From NCBI GenBank assembly GCA_013203145.1, contig JABMOV010000105.1, positions 1 to 62,366 of the forward strand: DNA of 62,366 nucleotides. Reading direction: 5' to 3'. Position 1 is the first letter of the stretch. Every line of letters starts with the position of its first letter. The notes under the pieces were generated by a model, which searched no databases, was not told the DNA's origin, and saw only the letters and a list, made by a program, of their open reading frames with translations. The position numbers and the translations under genes are program-made. This DNA is from Fidelibacterota bacterium (GTDB taxonomy: Bacteria; Fidelibacterota; Marinisomatia; Marinisomatales; JABMOV01). This document shows, piece after piece, positions 11,051 to 21,492 of the stretch.

Positions 11051-12322
11051 TTATTCTTTTTCTTCCGTGTTGGTATCAACAGTTTCGCTTGAATCATTTT
11101 CAATTGTGCCACCGTCTGATTCATCCTCAATATCATCGTCGGAATCAGGTTCGTCACTATCTTCTTCTTCTTCAAGCTCTTCTTCATCTTTTCTCTCTAA
11201 GAGATTATCGTCGTCTGTTTTCTTTTTGAAAATAACAAACATTAGGACTTCACCTACGGAAAGAATGGATAAACCATAGCTAATGACGGAAACCACAAGC
11301 AAGAATAAGAAAATTGCCAGAATAATCCCCGAGACATATTCGGTGCCATTTAACACTACATTGGTTGGTACCGCGCTCATATCAAACCATGTACAGCATG
11401 ACCATCCACTACAGGCATGAGTTGTTGCACAACAGGCATCAACTTTTGGAGCACATAATGCAAATGGATTAACTGTGTTCCATGCCCAATGTGCAATATT
11501 TGCCAGTTTACCACTTGTAAACCACTCTAGACCAAATACGGACTGTAACCAGTTCATACCAAATACAGCATTTACTAGTTTGTAACTGGCAAACCAGAAA
11601 AATTGAAATATATGAATGCCAATCATACCAATGGGTAATAGGACTGCATGATAAAGTACAATTCGCCATGGTTGTGACCAGGTGATAGAATAGCTTTGGA
11701 AAACTGCTCCCATTGTATCTTCTTCATAAACGGCTACAATAGCAGGAGTGTAGATAAAGGAAATAAGGAAAACAACCGCTGTGTATACGGTGAACAATGA
11801 TCCGAAAAAGTATAATAAATATGGAAGAACAAACAAGAATTCGCCGATAAATGGTATTTGACCGAATAGAGCGAATACAGCTGCACCAATCAAGAAAAAC
11901 AATATGATAAGAACAAATGAAATCCATGTAAAAATAACAGGATGCCAATGTTTCTTTACATATTTAAAAGCATCACCAGCTGAATAGAATTCATCACCTT
12001 TAAGTTGCTTATAGGTGACACGTGCTACTGCAGTACATCCCAGGCTGATAGCATAGAATAGAATAAGTGCTCCTGCCCAGTATAAAATGTTTCCAAAAAG
12101 GGTTAACGAACTACAACACAGAAATGGATATAAACCATATTGTTCCCATCCGGCGCCAACAGTCGTTCCAGAAACAGCCAGGGCAATATAGGCCAGTAGC
12201 CAAAAGGCTGCGTAACCAATAACACCAGCCAATGTAAAAATAAATATCTTTTTTCCACTTAACGCCATCCGTGGCGCACGGAAAATATCTCTTACATCAA
12301 AGTAGAGTTTCATTGGACCCAT
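11051..12322 (-). CDS. multi-pass membrane protein with Cys-rich loop and polyacidic C-terminal tail (unknown function)
   Basis: 423 aa with many hydrophobic segments. Cys-rich loop 'CAPKVDACCATTHACSGWSCCTW'. The last ~55 residues are almost entirely D/E/S. No family recognised. Confidence 0.7.
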   Translation of the reverse strand: MGPMKLYFDVRDIFRAPRMALSGKKIFIFTLAGVIGYAAFWLLAYIALAVSGTTVGAGWEQYGLYPFLCCSSLTLFGNILYWAGALILFYAISLGCTAVARVTYKQLKGDEFYSAGDAFKYVKKHWHPVIFTWISFVLIILFFLIGAAVFALFGQIPFIGEFLFVLPYLLYFFGSLFTVYTAVVFLISFIYTPAIVAVYEEDTMGAVFQSYSITWSQPWRIVLYHAVLLPIGMIGIHIFQFFWFASYKLVNAVFGMNWLQSVFGLEWFTSGKLANIAHWAWNTVNPFALCAPKVDACCATTHACSGWSCCTWFDMSAVPTNVVLNGTEYVSGIILAIFLFLLVVSVISYGLSILSVGEVLMFVIFKKKTDDDNLLERKDEEELEEEEDSDEPDSDDDIEDESDGGTIENDSSETVDTNTEEKE

Positions 12323-12343
12323 TATTATCTCCTGGTATTATAA

Positions 12344-13216
12344 TTATTGTTCAATTCGAACGTGATCAATCCATGTGGATAAATCATGTGTTTGACCTAA
12401 AGATTCCGCAACAGTCTTTGCTATTGCAATATCATTATAGCTGCCAACTCTAACGCGATACCATATTTGATCGGTTTCGATGAAATATGCTTTTTGAATA
12501 TATGCGTCAAACCCAGCATTAATTAAATCAGCGGCTACTTTTTCAGCATCTTTGAGTTTGTTTCTTGAAGCAACCTGTATCGTATACCGTTCCACATCAA
12601 AAGGGATTTTTGATCCAGGAATGGCTTGTTTTTTTTGTTTTCGTGGCGGAGGGGGAGGTTCTTTTTTTGCAATTTTTACAGGTTCGATTTCAATAGCCAC
12701 TTCTTCTGCTACAATTTCAGTAACTACAACAATAGCATCAGTAACACTATCCGTGCCAGGTGTTGTATTCAACCATTCTTCTTCGGTGACTTCAGGTCGT
12801 TCTTCATCCTGAGAATCATCGCCATTGTCATCGTCTTCAATTTCATAAGTGAAAGTTTGAGAAGATACTTCATCACCATATTGTGATAGAGTGGCTATAA
12901 ATGCATATGTACCAGGTTCGTCAGGGATAAATGTGGCAGTTGCCATATCATCAGAATATTCAGCATCGTCAACATTTAACCAGCTGTCCTCAGGTTTTTC
13001 CTGGATTACCCAGGTTATTTCCAAGTCATCACCGGATTCCAGTGACTCAGCTTGAAGAATAATTGATTCGCCAACTACGCCTGTATCAGTTTGACCTCCA
13101 CAGGAAATCAACAGACTGTATAGTAGAATGAGTATTATGTTAAGATAGAACTTCAAGGTATGATTTCCTCTCCGATATAATCGGTTAAATTTGGATTGAT
13201 GTGAGGAAAAATGCAA
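12344..13216 (-). CDS. SPOR domain-containing lipoprotein
   Basis: Lipobox-like 'LLISCGG', an acidic/Pro-rich linker and a C-terminal SPOR-like segment 'YTIQVASRNKLKDAEKVAADL...YRVRVGSYNDIAIAKTVAESL'. Confidence 0.75.
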   Translation of the reverse strand: MHFSSHQSKFNRLYRRGNHTLKFYLNIILILLYSLLISCGGQTDTGVVGESIILQAESLESGDDLEITWVIQEKPEDSWLNVDDAEYSDDMATATFIPDEPGTYAFIATLSQYGDEVSSQTFTYEIEDDDNGDDSQDEERPEVTEEEWLNTTPGTDSVTDAIVVVTEIVAEEVAIEIEPVKIAKKEPPPPPRKQKKQAIPGSKIPFDVERYTIQVASRNKLKDAEKVAADLINAGFDAYIQKAYFIETDQIWYRVRVGSYNDIAIAKTVAESLGQTHDLSTWIDHVRIEQ

Positions 13217-13228
13217 ATACTCTTCTAA

Positions 13229-13654
13229 TTATCGGTTTGCAATCAATTCTGCGTCAGAAAAGAAGAATGAAATCTCGATAATTGCATTTTCATCGCTGTC
13301 AGAACCATGCACTGCATTTTCACCTAAACTGGTCGCAAAATCTTTACGTATTGACCCTACATCAGCATCAGCTGGATTGGTTGCGCCGATTGTTTCACGC
13401 CAGGCAGCGACGGCATTTTCTTTTTCTAGTGCTAATACCATACTTTGACCTGAAGACATGAATGTAGTCAATTCTTCATAAAATGGACGTTCTTTATGAA
13501 CAGCATAAAATCCTTCAGCCTGTGCTTTAGTCATACGCATAAGTTTTGCACCAAGGATTTTAAAATCTGATTGCAGGATACGGTCATAGATTTTTCCAGT
13601 ATGTCCGTTTTTTACTGCATCTGGTTTAATAATTGCGAAAGTTCTGGTTCCCAC
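13229..13654 (-). CDS. ndk: nucleoside diphosphate kinase
   Basis: 'FAIIKPDAV' and the active-site 'NAVHGSD'. GTG start with an AGGAGA SD 6-7 nt upstream. Confidence 0.93.
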   Translation of the reverse strand: MGTRTFAIIKPDAVKNGHTGKIYDRILQSDFKILGAKLMRMTKAQAEGFYAVHKERPFYEELTTFMSSGQSMVLALEKENAVAAWRETIGATNPADADVGSIRKDFATSLGENAVHGSDSDENAIIEISFFFSDAELIANR

Positions 13655-13669
13655 TGTATATCTCCTAAT

Positions 13670-13693
13670 ATGTCATCGCAATTGCAATGACAT
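13670..13693. repeat. 24-nt near-perfect palindrome between sucD and ndk, sharing the TGTCATCGC/GCAATGACA core of the window's repeat family
   Basis: The sequence is ATGTCATCGCAA|TTGCAATGACAT. The two arms are complementary with 1 mismatch. Confidence 0.6.
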
Positions 13694-13698
13694 AATGT

Positions 13699-14574
13699 TT
13701 ATTTATTTAATTGCTCTGCCATGGCTTTACCAATTTCAGCAGGACTGTTCACAACATGAATCCCAGCTTCTTTTAGTGCTTCCATTTTCTCTTTAGCAGT
13801 TCCTTTACCTCCAGCAATGATGGCTCCGGCATGTCCCATGCGGCGTCCGGGAGGTGCTGTTTGACCTGCGATAAATGAAACAATTGGTTTTTTAAAACTA
13901 TTGTCAATAACCCATTGGGCAGCTTCTTCTTCAGCTGTCCCACCAATTTCCCCTATCATAACAATTCCGTGTGTGTCATCATCATTAGAGAACAATTCTA
14001 ACATATCAATAAAATTTGTGCCAATAATGGGATCGCCACCAATACCGATAACGGTGGATTGACCCATGCCAAATTCACTTATTTGATGAACAGCCTCGTA
14101 GGTTAACGTGCCTGATCGAGACATAATTCCAACATGCCCAGCGGAATGAATGAATCCCGGCATGATTCCAACTTTTGCCTGCCCGGGAGAAATAACTCCG
14201 GGACAGTTTGGGCCAACTAACCGTGTAGGTTTTCCCTTCATAAAATCATTAACAATGATCATATCTTTTGTGGGAATACCTTCAGTTATACAAATAACAA
14301 GATCTAAGCCAGCATCAACCGCTTCCATAATGGCGTCTGCAGCAAATGGAGGGGGAACAAAAATAACTGATGTATTGGCATCCGTGGCGGCTTTTGCTTC
14401 TGCAACTGTATTGAAAACGGGTTTGCCAAGGTGTACAGATCCACCTTTATTTGGCGTAACGCCACCCACAACATAGTTTCCATATTCTATCATCTGGCTA
14501 CCATGGAAAGAGCCTTCTTGTCCGGTAAATCCTTGGATGATCAAGCGTGTATCGTTATTGACTAAAACACTCAT
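13699..14574 (-). CDS. sucD: succinyl-CoA synthetase alpha subunit
   Basis: 'SRSGTLTYE' and the phosphohistidine loop 'MGHAGAI'. Confidence 0.95.
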   Translation of the reverse strand: MSVLVNNDTRLIIQGFTGQEGSFHGSQMIEYGNYVVGGVTPNKGGSVHLGKPVFNTVAEAKAATDANTSVIFVPPPFAADAIMEAVDAGLDLVICITEGIPTKDMIIVNDFMKGKPTRLVGPNCPGVISPGQAKVGIMPGFIHSAGHVGIMSRSGTLTYEAVHQISEFGMGQSTVIGIGGDPIIGTNFIDMLELFSNDDDTHGIVMIGEIGGTAEEEAAQWVIDNSFKKPIVSFIAGQTAPPGRRMGHAGAIIAGGKGTAKEKMEALKEAGIHVVNSPAEIGKAMAEQLNK

Positions 14575-14582
14575 ATTCTCTC

Positions 14583-15743
14583 CTAACTGGCAGCGTGTAC
14601 TGCTTTTTCAGCAGCATCACTTAAACTTGTTGCGACAATAAAATCTAATGGGGATTCTTCTAAAAGAATGGCTGCTTCTTTGGCATTCGTACCTTCTAGT
14701 CGTACCACGACAGGAATTTTAACTTCCACCGTTTGCATAGCATCAATCACCCCTTGAGCCACACGATCACAGCGGACGATTCCACCAAAAATATTGATCA
14801 ATATGGATTTTACATTTGGATCAGAAAGTATAATCTTGAAACCATTTGCTACAGTTTCAGGATTTGCAACGCCGCCCACATCAAGGAAATTTGCAGGTTC
14901 ACCACCATATAATTTGATGATGTCCATTGTACCCATTGCTAAACCAGCACCATTGACCATGCAGCCGACGTTTCCGTCCAACTTGATATAGTTTAGATTA
15001 AAGCGACTGGCTTCAACTTCTGCAGGATCTTCTTCCGACAAATCACGAAGTTCAACCAAATCCTTCTGACGGAAAAGCGCATTGTCGTCAAAATTGATTT
15101 TCGCATCCAAGGCGATAACATCGTCGTCTTTGGTAACCACTAATGGATTAATTTCCATTAATGTACAATCTTTTGCTTTGTATACTTTCCATAAAGCCAT
15201 GAAAATGGATACGGCATGTTTTACCTGTACGCCTGATAATCCTAAAGCAAAAGCGAGCTTTCGTGCTTGAAAGCCTGTCAATCCTAATCCAGGATGAATC
15301 CATTCCTTTACAATTTTTTCAGGAGACACTTCAGCAACTTTTTCTATTTCCATTCCGCCTTCAGTTGAAACCATGAAGACATCTTGCTTTGATCCACGAT
15401 CTAATACGATACCAGCGTATAATTCACGCTCGATGGGAATACCGGACTCAATCAATAATCGCTGAACTTGTTTCCCTTCAGGTCCAGTCTGATGAGTAAC
15501 CAATTGCATTCCCAGGATGGTTTTTGCAATTTCCCGTACTTCCTCAATAGAATGTGCAAGTTTGACACCGCCGCCTTTTCCACGTCCACCAGCATGAATT
15601 TGGGCTTTTACTACAACAGGAAATCCTTCCAGTTGTTTGGCCAAACTCACCGCTTCATCGACAGAAAATGCTGGATATCCAACGGGAACATTTACATTAA
15701 ACTTCCGAAATAGTTCTTTACCTTGATATTCGTGTATTTTCAA
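14583..15743 (-). CDS. sucC: succinyl-CoA synthetase beta subunit
   Basis: '[12 protein letters not shown]' ATP-grasp N-terminus. 386 aa. Lies directly upstream of sucD. Confidence 0.95.
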   Translation of the reverse strand: MKIHEYQGKELFRKFNVNVPVGYPAFSVDEAVSLAKQLEGFPVVVKAQIHAGGRGKGGGVKLAHSIEEVREIAKTILGMQLVTHQTGPEGKQVQRLLIESGIPIERELYAGIVLDRGSKQDVFMVSTEGGMEIEKVAEVSPEKIVKEWIHPGLGLTGFQARKLAFALGLSGVQVKHAVSIFMALWKVYKAKDCTLMEINPLVVTKDDDVIALDAKINFDDNALFRQKDLVELRDLSEEDPAEVEASRFNLNYIKLDGNVGCMVNGAGLAMGTMDIIKLYGGEPANFLDVGGVANPETVANGFKIILSDPNVKSILINIFGGIVRCDRVAQGVIDAMQTVEVKIPVVVRLEGTNAKEAAILLEESPLDFIVATSLSDAAEKAVHAAS

Positions 15744-15755
15744 AGAATACTCCTT

Positions 15756-16715
15756 TTAGGTGGCATTGTCTCGGACAATAGTTGTACCGGATCGTCCACC
15801 AATGGCTTCTTTTACATGTGAGATAGAGGTAATGATCACTTTCTCACCATGGTATTTTAAAAAATATATGGCTGCCTCAAATTTTGGTGCCATACTTCCT
15901 TTTTGAAATTGTCCTTCATCCAAATATTGCTTAGCCTGAGATGCAGTACATTTTTTTATGGGACGTTGCGACGCTTTATTAAAATCCAAATATGCACATT
16001 CCACATCGGTAATAATCCACAACTCATGGGCTTTGATAATGCGTCCCATAAGTGCAGCAGCAAGATCTTTGTCAATGACAGCGTCTAAACCCTCCAACGT
16101 GTTTGAGTCCTTATAATGTACAGGGATTCCTCCGCCACCAGCACATAAAACAATGGTGCCATGGTCAACAAGCGTTTTTGTGCTAAAACCGTGCATGATA
16201 AATTGGGGAAGAGGAGACGATACAACCCGTCTCCATTCCCCTGGATTTTGTTCTTTAACCGTCCAGCCGAATTTTTTCGCTAGAGATTTCGCCTCATTTT
16301 CAGGATATCGCTGACCAATAAATTTGGTTGGATTCTGAATAGATGGATCATCTTTATCAACAATAACCTGTGAAACTAACGTTACAACTTCACGATCGAC
16401 ATGTGCTTCTTTTAAGCGGTTTTGCAGAGATTGTTGGATCATATACCCGATTGTGCCCTGGGTTCCAGCAACACATAACCCAAGAGGTAAGGGAGGTACT
16501 TGCTCATGAGTTAAATCCATGCGCAAAAGTTCATCACCAACTTGTGGCCCATTGCCATGCGTAATGCAAATATTGTAATCAAAGTCTACAAAATGCATGA
16601 TGGCTTCAAGACTTTTTCGAGTATGTGCAAATTGCACAGTAATATCACCTGCACTGCCTTTTGGTGATAGGGCATTCCCACCTAAAGCAATCATGACAGA
16701 TCGGTTTGGTCTCAT
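15756..16715 (-). CDS. arcC: carbamate kinase
   Basis: 319 aa. Amino-acid-kinase fold motifs 'IALGGNAL', 'THGNGPQVG' and 'CAGGGGIPV'. Confidence 0.85.
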   Translation of the reverse strand: MRPNRSVMIALGGNALSPKGSAGDITVQFAHTRKSLEAIMHFVDFDYNICITHGNGPQVGDELLRMDLTHEQVPPLPLGLCVAGTQGTIGYMIQQSLQNRLKEAHVDREVVTLVSQVIVDKDDPSIQNPTKFIGQRYPENEAKSLAKKFGWTVKEQNPGEWRRVVSSPLPQFIMHGFSTKTLVDHGTIVLCAGGGGIPVHYKDSNTLEGLDAVIDKDLAAALMGRIIKAHELWIITDVECAYLDFNKASQRPIKKCTASQAKQYLDEGQFQKGSMAPKFEAAIYFLKYHGEKVIITSISHVKEAIGGRSGTTIVRDNAT

Positions 16716-16737
16716 CTTCGGTTGTTCTGCAGTCTAT

Positions 16738-18054
16738 TTAAGATGTGAAGGGTTTTAATACTTCTTCAAGATTTGGTGAACCAATTTCCTGTAATTCATA
16801 CGTGACGCGAACAGATGGTTTATTGATCTTTGCAACACGTCTCAAATCTATAGGAGTACCAATAATGACAACGTCACACTCAGTATTCTCAATGGTTTCT
16901 TCCAGATCTTTCATCTGCTGCTCACCGTATCCCATGGCTGGTAATAATTTGCCAATATTAGGATATTTTTCAAATGTTTCAGTAATAGAACCAACGGTAA
17001 ATGGTCGTGGATCAACAACGCTGTCAGCACCAAATTTTTCTGCTGCCACCATACCGGCTCCATATTGCATTTCGCCATGTGTTAATGTAGGGCCATCTTC
17101 TACGACAAGTGCTTTTTTCCCATAGATTAGTGTTGGGTCATCCACTGAGATAGGAGACGCCGCATCAATGATTATTGCCTTTGGATTGGTTTCGCGTACA
17201 TTCCAACGCACTTCATCGATATCTTCCATATCAGCCGTATCAATCTTGTTAATGACGACGACATCGGCTAACAAAAGGTTTGTTTCACCAGGGTAATAGG
17301 AAAGCTCATGTCCGGGACGGTGTGGGTCTACTACTACGATATAAAGATCGGTTTGATAAAAGGACATATCGTTGTTTCCGCCATCCCAAAGGATGATATC
17401 AGCTTCTTTTTCAGCTTCACGAACAATGGCTTCGTAATCCACACCTGCGTAAATAATCGTGCCTGAAGTAATGTGTGGTTCGTATTCTTCCATTTCCTCA
17501 ATTGTACAGTCGTGCTTCTTTAAATCTTCGATTGTAGCGAAACGCTGGACTTTTTGTTTTACCAAATCACCATAAGGCATAGGATGTCGTATAGCTGCAA
17601 CTTTTTTTCCGGCTGCTTTTAATATTTCAGCAACTTTGCGTGTTGTTTGACTTTTACCACAACCAGTTCTAACAGCACCGATACCAATAACAGGTTTGGT
17701 GGATTTTATCATGGTGGGTGTGCTACCCAAAAGTTTAAAATGTGCTCCCGCTGCCATAACGCGAGAGGCTTTATGCATTACATCTTCGTGGGCAATATCA
17801 GAGTAGGAGAATATGACTTCTTCTACCTCTAAATCCTGAATGAGAACATCAAGATCAGATTCATCGTGGATGGGGATTCCGTTTGGATAGAGTGAACCTG
17901 CTAATTCAGCAGGATATGTACGTCCGTCTATGTCAGGAATTTGTGTGGCAGTAAATGCAACGACTTCTACAGTATCATTATTTCTGTAGAGTAAATTGAA
18001 ATTGTGAAAATCGCGCCCTGCGGCGCCCATAATTAATGTTTTTGTACGATTCAT
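16738..18054 (-). CDS. cyclic 2,3-diphosphoglycerate synthetase-like P-loop protein
   Basis: 438 aa. The N-terminal 'IMGAAGRDFHNFN' is typical of the CPGS-like family as I remember it. It also has the Walker-A-like motif 'RTGCGKSQTT'. The family call is from memory only. Confidence 0.55.
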   Translation of the reverse strand: MNRTKTLIMGAAGRDFHNFNLLYRNNDTVEVVAFTATQIPDIDGRTYPAELAGSLYPNGIPIHDESDLDVLIQDLEVEEVIFSYSDIAHEDVMHKASRVMAAGAHFKLLGSTPTMIKSTKPVIGIGAVRTGCGKSQTTRKVAEILKAAGKKVAAIRHPMPYGDLVKQKVQRFATIEDLKKHDCTIEEMEEYEPHITSGTIIYAGVDYEAIVREAEKEADIILWDGGNNDMSFYQTDLYIVVVDPHRPGHELSYYPGETNLLLADVVVINKIDTADMEDIDEVRWNVRETNPKAIIIDAASPISVDDPTLIYGKKALVVEDGPTLTHGEMQYGAGMVAAEKFGADSVVDPRPFTVGSITETFEKYPNIGKLLPAMGYGEQQMKDLEETIENTECDVVIIGTPIDLRRVAKINKPSVRVTYELQEIGSPNLEEVLKPFTS

Positions 18055-18161
18055 TTTTCTTCTCCATTAGTTGTTTAGGTAGTGATCATCAAGCAAAAGA
18101 CGGACGTGTTAACTAAACCCAAACGTTTGTTCAAAGGAGATTAATCGATAAATATATTTGA

Positions 18162-19796
18162 TCATTTTTCTTCCATGAAGGGATATCGGTAATCTGTTGC
18201 TGGCACAAAAGTTTCTTTGATTGTTCGTTGAGATACCCAACGTAATAAATTAGACATGGATCCTGCTTTGTCATTGGTCCCAGATGCCCTACCACCGCCA
18301 AATGGTTGTTGACCCACTACAGCTCCAGTTGGTTTATCGTTGATATAGAAATTTCCTGCAGCATGTGTTAATGCATCAGCAGCTTCTATTATGGCATAAC
18401 GGTCATTAGCAAAGACACAACCAGTGAGAGCATAGGGAGAAGTGGAATCAACCAAATCTAATGTTTCTTTCCAATCCTTAGGGTCATAGAGGAAAATAGT
18501 TAGTACAGGTCCAAAAATCTCTTCTACCATCGTTTTGAATTTAGGATTATCTGTCAGGATTACCGTTGGTTCGATGAAATATCCGTCCGTTTTATCATAA
18601 CCTCCACCAAAGATGATTTCTGCATCATTGGCATTCTTTGCATAATCGATGTACCCTGTAATAGTGTTAAATGCAGCTTCATCGATAACAGCATTCATAA
18701 AATTAGAAAAATCTGTCACGTCACCCATTTTGATGGTGGAACATTCATCTATCAGCAGTTTTTTTAATTCAGGCCATTGCGTTTTTGGTAAATAGGCACG
18801 GGAGAGGGCAGAACATTTTTGACCTTGATATTCAAAGGATCCGCGAACCATTGCAGTAATGACACCCATCGTGTCGGCAGACTCATGGGCGATACAAAAA
18901 TCCTTGCCACCAGTTTCACCAACGATTCTCGGGTAGGATTTATAGGTATTTATGTTTGATCCAATAGTACGCCACATGTTTTGAAAAACAGCAGTTGATC
19001 CGGTAAAATGAACTCCGGCAAAACTTGGATCATTTATGACGATTGGGCCGACTTTGCTTCCAGGGCCAGGAATAAAATTGATAACTCCATCAGGAAGACC
19101 GGCTTCCTTAAACATTTTCATTAAAAAATAAGTGGGGTAAACTGCCGAAGATGCTGGTTTCCACAAAGCAACATTACCCATGAGAACCGGGGCAGTAGGT
19201 AGATTGCCAGCAATACTCACAAAATTAAATGGAGTAACTGCAAATACAAATCCTTCCAAGGGACGGTGTTGGACAGTATTCCATAATCCATCAGGAGAGA
19301 TAGGTGGTTGCTGTTCGTAAATCTCTTCGGCGTACCAGGCGTTAAAATTATAAAAATCTATCAGTTCACATGCGGAATCTATCTCAGCCTGATAGGCATT
19401 TTTACTAACATTCAGCATAGTGGCAGCATTCAGCGTATCGCGATAAGGACCCTGTAACAAAGAAGCCATCTTTTTAAACACTGAAACACGATGTTCCCAC
19501 GGTGTAGTTGACCATTCTTTCCAGGCTTTTTGAGATACCCTTATTGCTTCGTGCACTTCAACTTCACTTGCTAAGTGATACGTGCCTAATACATGATTAT
19601 GATTATGAGGCATCACACAGTTTGCGGTATTACCAGTGCGTACTTCTTTTCCATTTATTATCAATGGAATTTCTATTGTAGTATTTGATAATTCAGCGAG
19701 CTTCGTTTTCAGAGAGACTTTTTCTGGGCTTCCAGGACCATATGATTTAATTGGTTCATTAACTGCTTTTGGGACAGTTACCTTTGCATTAGCCAT
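18162..19796 (-). CDS. pruA: L-glutamate gamma-semialdehyde (1-pyrroline-5-carboxylate) dehydrogenase
   Basis: 544 aa aldehyde dehydrogenase. Motifs 'GETGGKD' and the catalytic Cys in 'FEYQGQKCSA'. Length and termini fit long-form PruA. Confidence 0.88.
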   Translation of the reverse strand: MANAKVTVPKAVNEPIKSYGPGSPEKVSLKTKLAELSNTTIEIPLIINGKEVRTGNTANCVMPHNHNHVLGTYHLASEVEVHEAIRVSQKAWKEWSTTPWEHRVSVFKKMASLLQGPYRDTLNAATMLNVSKNAYQAEIDSACELIDFYNFNAWYAEEIYEQQPPISPDGLWNTVQHRPLEGFVFAVTPFNFVSIAGNLPTAPVLMGNVALWKPASSAVYPTYFLMKMFKEAGLPDGVINFIPGPGSKVGPIVINDPSFAGVHFTGSTAVFQNMWRTIGSNINTYKSYPRIVGETGGKDFCIAHESADTMGVITAMVRGSFEYQGQKCSALSRAYLPKTQWPELKKLLIDECSTIKMGDVTDFSNFMNAVIDEAAFNTITGYIDYAKNANDAEIIFGGGYDKTDGYFIEPTVILTDNPKFKTMVEEIFGPVLTIFLYDPKDWKETLDLVDSTSPYALTGCVFANDRYAIIEAADALTHAAGNFYINDKPTGAVVGQQPFGGGRASGTNDKAGSMSNLLRWVSQRTIKETFVPATDYRYPFMEEK

Positions 19797-19944
19797 GATA
19801 CCTCAATCGTGAATGATTTATAAAAATATTATTCGAAAAAAGAGTAAAAAATTACCCATATTTTGGCAAGGGAATCAATAGAAGTGAACAATTTCTGTAG
19901 ATACTTTTTCATAGAATAGAATATTCACGTTCAACAATAAAATT

Positions 19945-20904
19945 TCATGATTTCATTGTAAAAAGTATCTCTCTCATTTCATCAATTCCCGAAGAAGAAA
20001 CCAGAGATTTTCTAATGCTTGCAGCACTGGGAAATCCTTTGATGTACCATCCGAAATGCTTTCGAATGAGATTTGTAGCAATATATTCACCTTTATCTTC
20101 TATGAGTAATTGAAGATGTCGCTCACACATCTCTATTAAATCATTAGGAGATGGGGGAAGGCTAACAATACCATCTCTATCATTATTAAGTTGTTTGAAT
20201 ATCCACGGATTTCCTAAAGCAGCTCTTCCAATCATAATAGCATCACATCCCGTTTCTTCAAACATTCTTGTGGCATCATTCGGCGATCGTATATCGCCAT
20301 TCCCGATTACAGGTATTTTAACGGAATTCTTCAATTCTTTGATAAGAGACCAATCTGCAAATCCAGTATATTTTTGATTTGCAGTTCGTGGATGCAACGT
20401 TATGGCGCTAACTCCAAGAGCTTCCAATCTAACTCCAGCTTCTGGAATAACAATCGAGTTTTTATCCCAACCCGCTCGCATTTTAACTGTTACTGGACGA
20501 TCTTTCACAGTTTCTATAACAGCAGCTGTGATTTCATCCATAAGGCAAAGGTCTTTTAACGCTGCTGATCCGGCGCCTTTTTTAGTGATTTTTGGCACTG
20601 GACATCCGTAATTAATATCAATTAAATCGGGATCAAATCGATGAACAATTTCTTTGGCTGCTTTTGACATAACTTCAGGTTCATCGCCAAATATCTGAAT
20701 TCCAATGGGTCGTTCTGCCTCAGAAAATTGTATCATATTTAGGGTTTTGGAATTCTCCCTGATGATACCATGTGCTGAAACAAACTCAGAATACACAATG
20801 CCTGCACCTTGCTCTTTGCATATAAGACGAAAAGCATAATCTGTTACTCCAGCCATGGGAGCCAGAAAAAATGGATTTTCTATTTTTAGTTTACCGATAA
20901 CCAT
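19945..20904 (-). CDS. dusB: tRNA-dihydrouridine synthase
   Basis: 'LAPMAGVTD', 'DINYGCP' and 'HPRT'. 319 aa. Confidence 0.9.
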   Translation of the reverse strand: MVIGKLKIENPFFLAPMAGVTDYAFRLICKEQGAGIVYSEFVSAHGIIRENSKTLNMIQFSEAERPIGIQIFGDEPEVMSKAAKEIVHRFDPDLIDINYGCPVPKITKKGAGSAALKDLCLMDEITAAVIETVKDRPVTVKMRAGWDKNSIVIPEAGVRLEALGVSAITLHPRTANQKYTGFADWSLIKELKNSVKIPVIGNGDIRSPNDATRMFEETGCDAIMIGRAALGNPWIFKQLNNDRDGIVSLPPSPNDLIEMCERHLQLLIEDKGEYIATNLIRKHFGWYIKGFPSAASIRKSLVSSSGIDEMREILFTMKS

Positions 20905-20925
20905 TATTTATAAAAAATTAAGTTG

Positions 20926-21378
20926 TTACTTCGACCAATCAATTTCAAAAAACTGATAGTCTGTTTTCTCCCATCCAAGTGAAGAATAAACATGTTGGGC
21001 TGTTGTATTTGATTCATCAACATATAATCGCATTCCACAAATGCTCCCTTTCTGCTGGGCTAAATCTTTAGCATGGAGGAACAATGAGCGAAAGATACTG
21101 CGTTTTCGATAGTCAGGATGAACATATACAGACTGAATCCACCAGAAATAACCATTGCGCCAATCAGACCATTCAGTTGTAATCATCAGTTGCCCCATGA
21201 TAATATCGGCATCCTTGGCAATAAGGTAAAATCCTTTTGTTGTATCATTAATTACGGACGTCACACCCTTGTGAACCACATCATAATCAAGCGTCTTATT
21301 TTCTGTTTCCTGTGCCATGGCAATATTATATTGAACAAGTATTGATATGTCTGATACAGTAGCGATCCTAATATTCAT
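20926..21378 (-). CDS. GNAT family N-acetyltransferase
   Basis: 150 aa. GNAT-like core '[28 protein letters not shown]'. Confidence 0.8.
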   Translation of the reverse strand: MNIRIATVSDISILVQYNIAMAQETENKTLDYDVVHKGVTSVINDTTKGFYLIAKDADIIMGQLMITTEWSDWRNGYFWWIQSVYVHPDYRKRSIFRSLFLHAKDLAQQKGSICGMRLYVDESNTTAQHVYSSLGWEKTDYQFFEIDWSK

Positions 21379-21492
21379 TTTAACCTCGATTTAGAAAAAC
21401 AAAATTACAACAACAAATATTTGAACTGTATCAATTATGAGATTAAATTCATCGGCTTTTTTGGATTGCAAAAAGATTTATTAGAGGATATT

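Noticed and set aside
11031-11279. A Ser-rich 82-aa + strand ORF, and similar long ORFs antisense to clear genes (e.g. 12552-12812, 14150-14476, 22460-22819, 30179-30475, 44604-44933).
   Set aside because: These are shadow ORFs opposite strongly supported genes. The poly-Ser run is simply the antisense reading of the poly-Asp/Glu tail at 11051-11220. They have no SD and no recognisable motifs.
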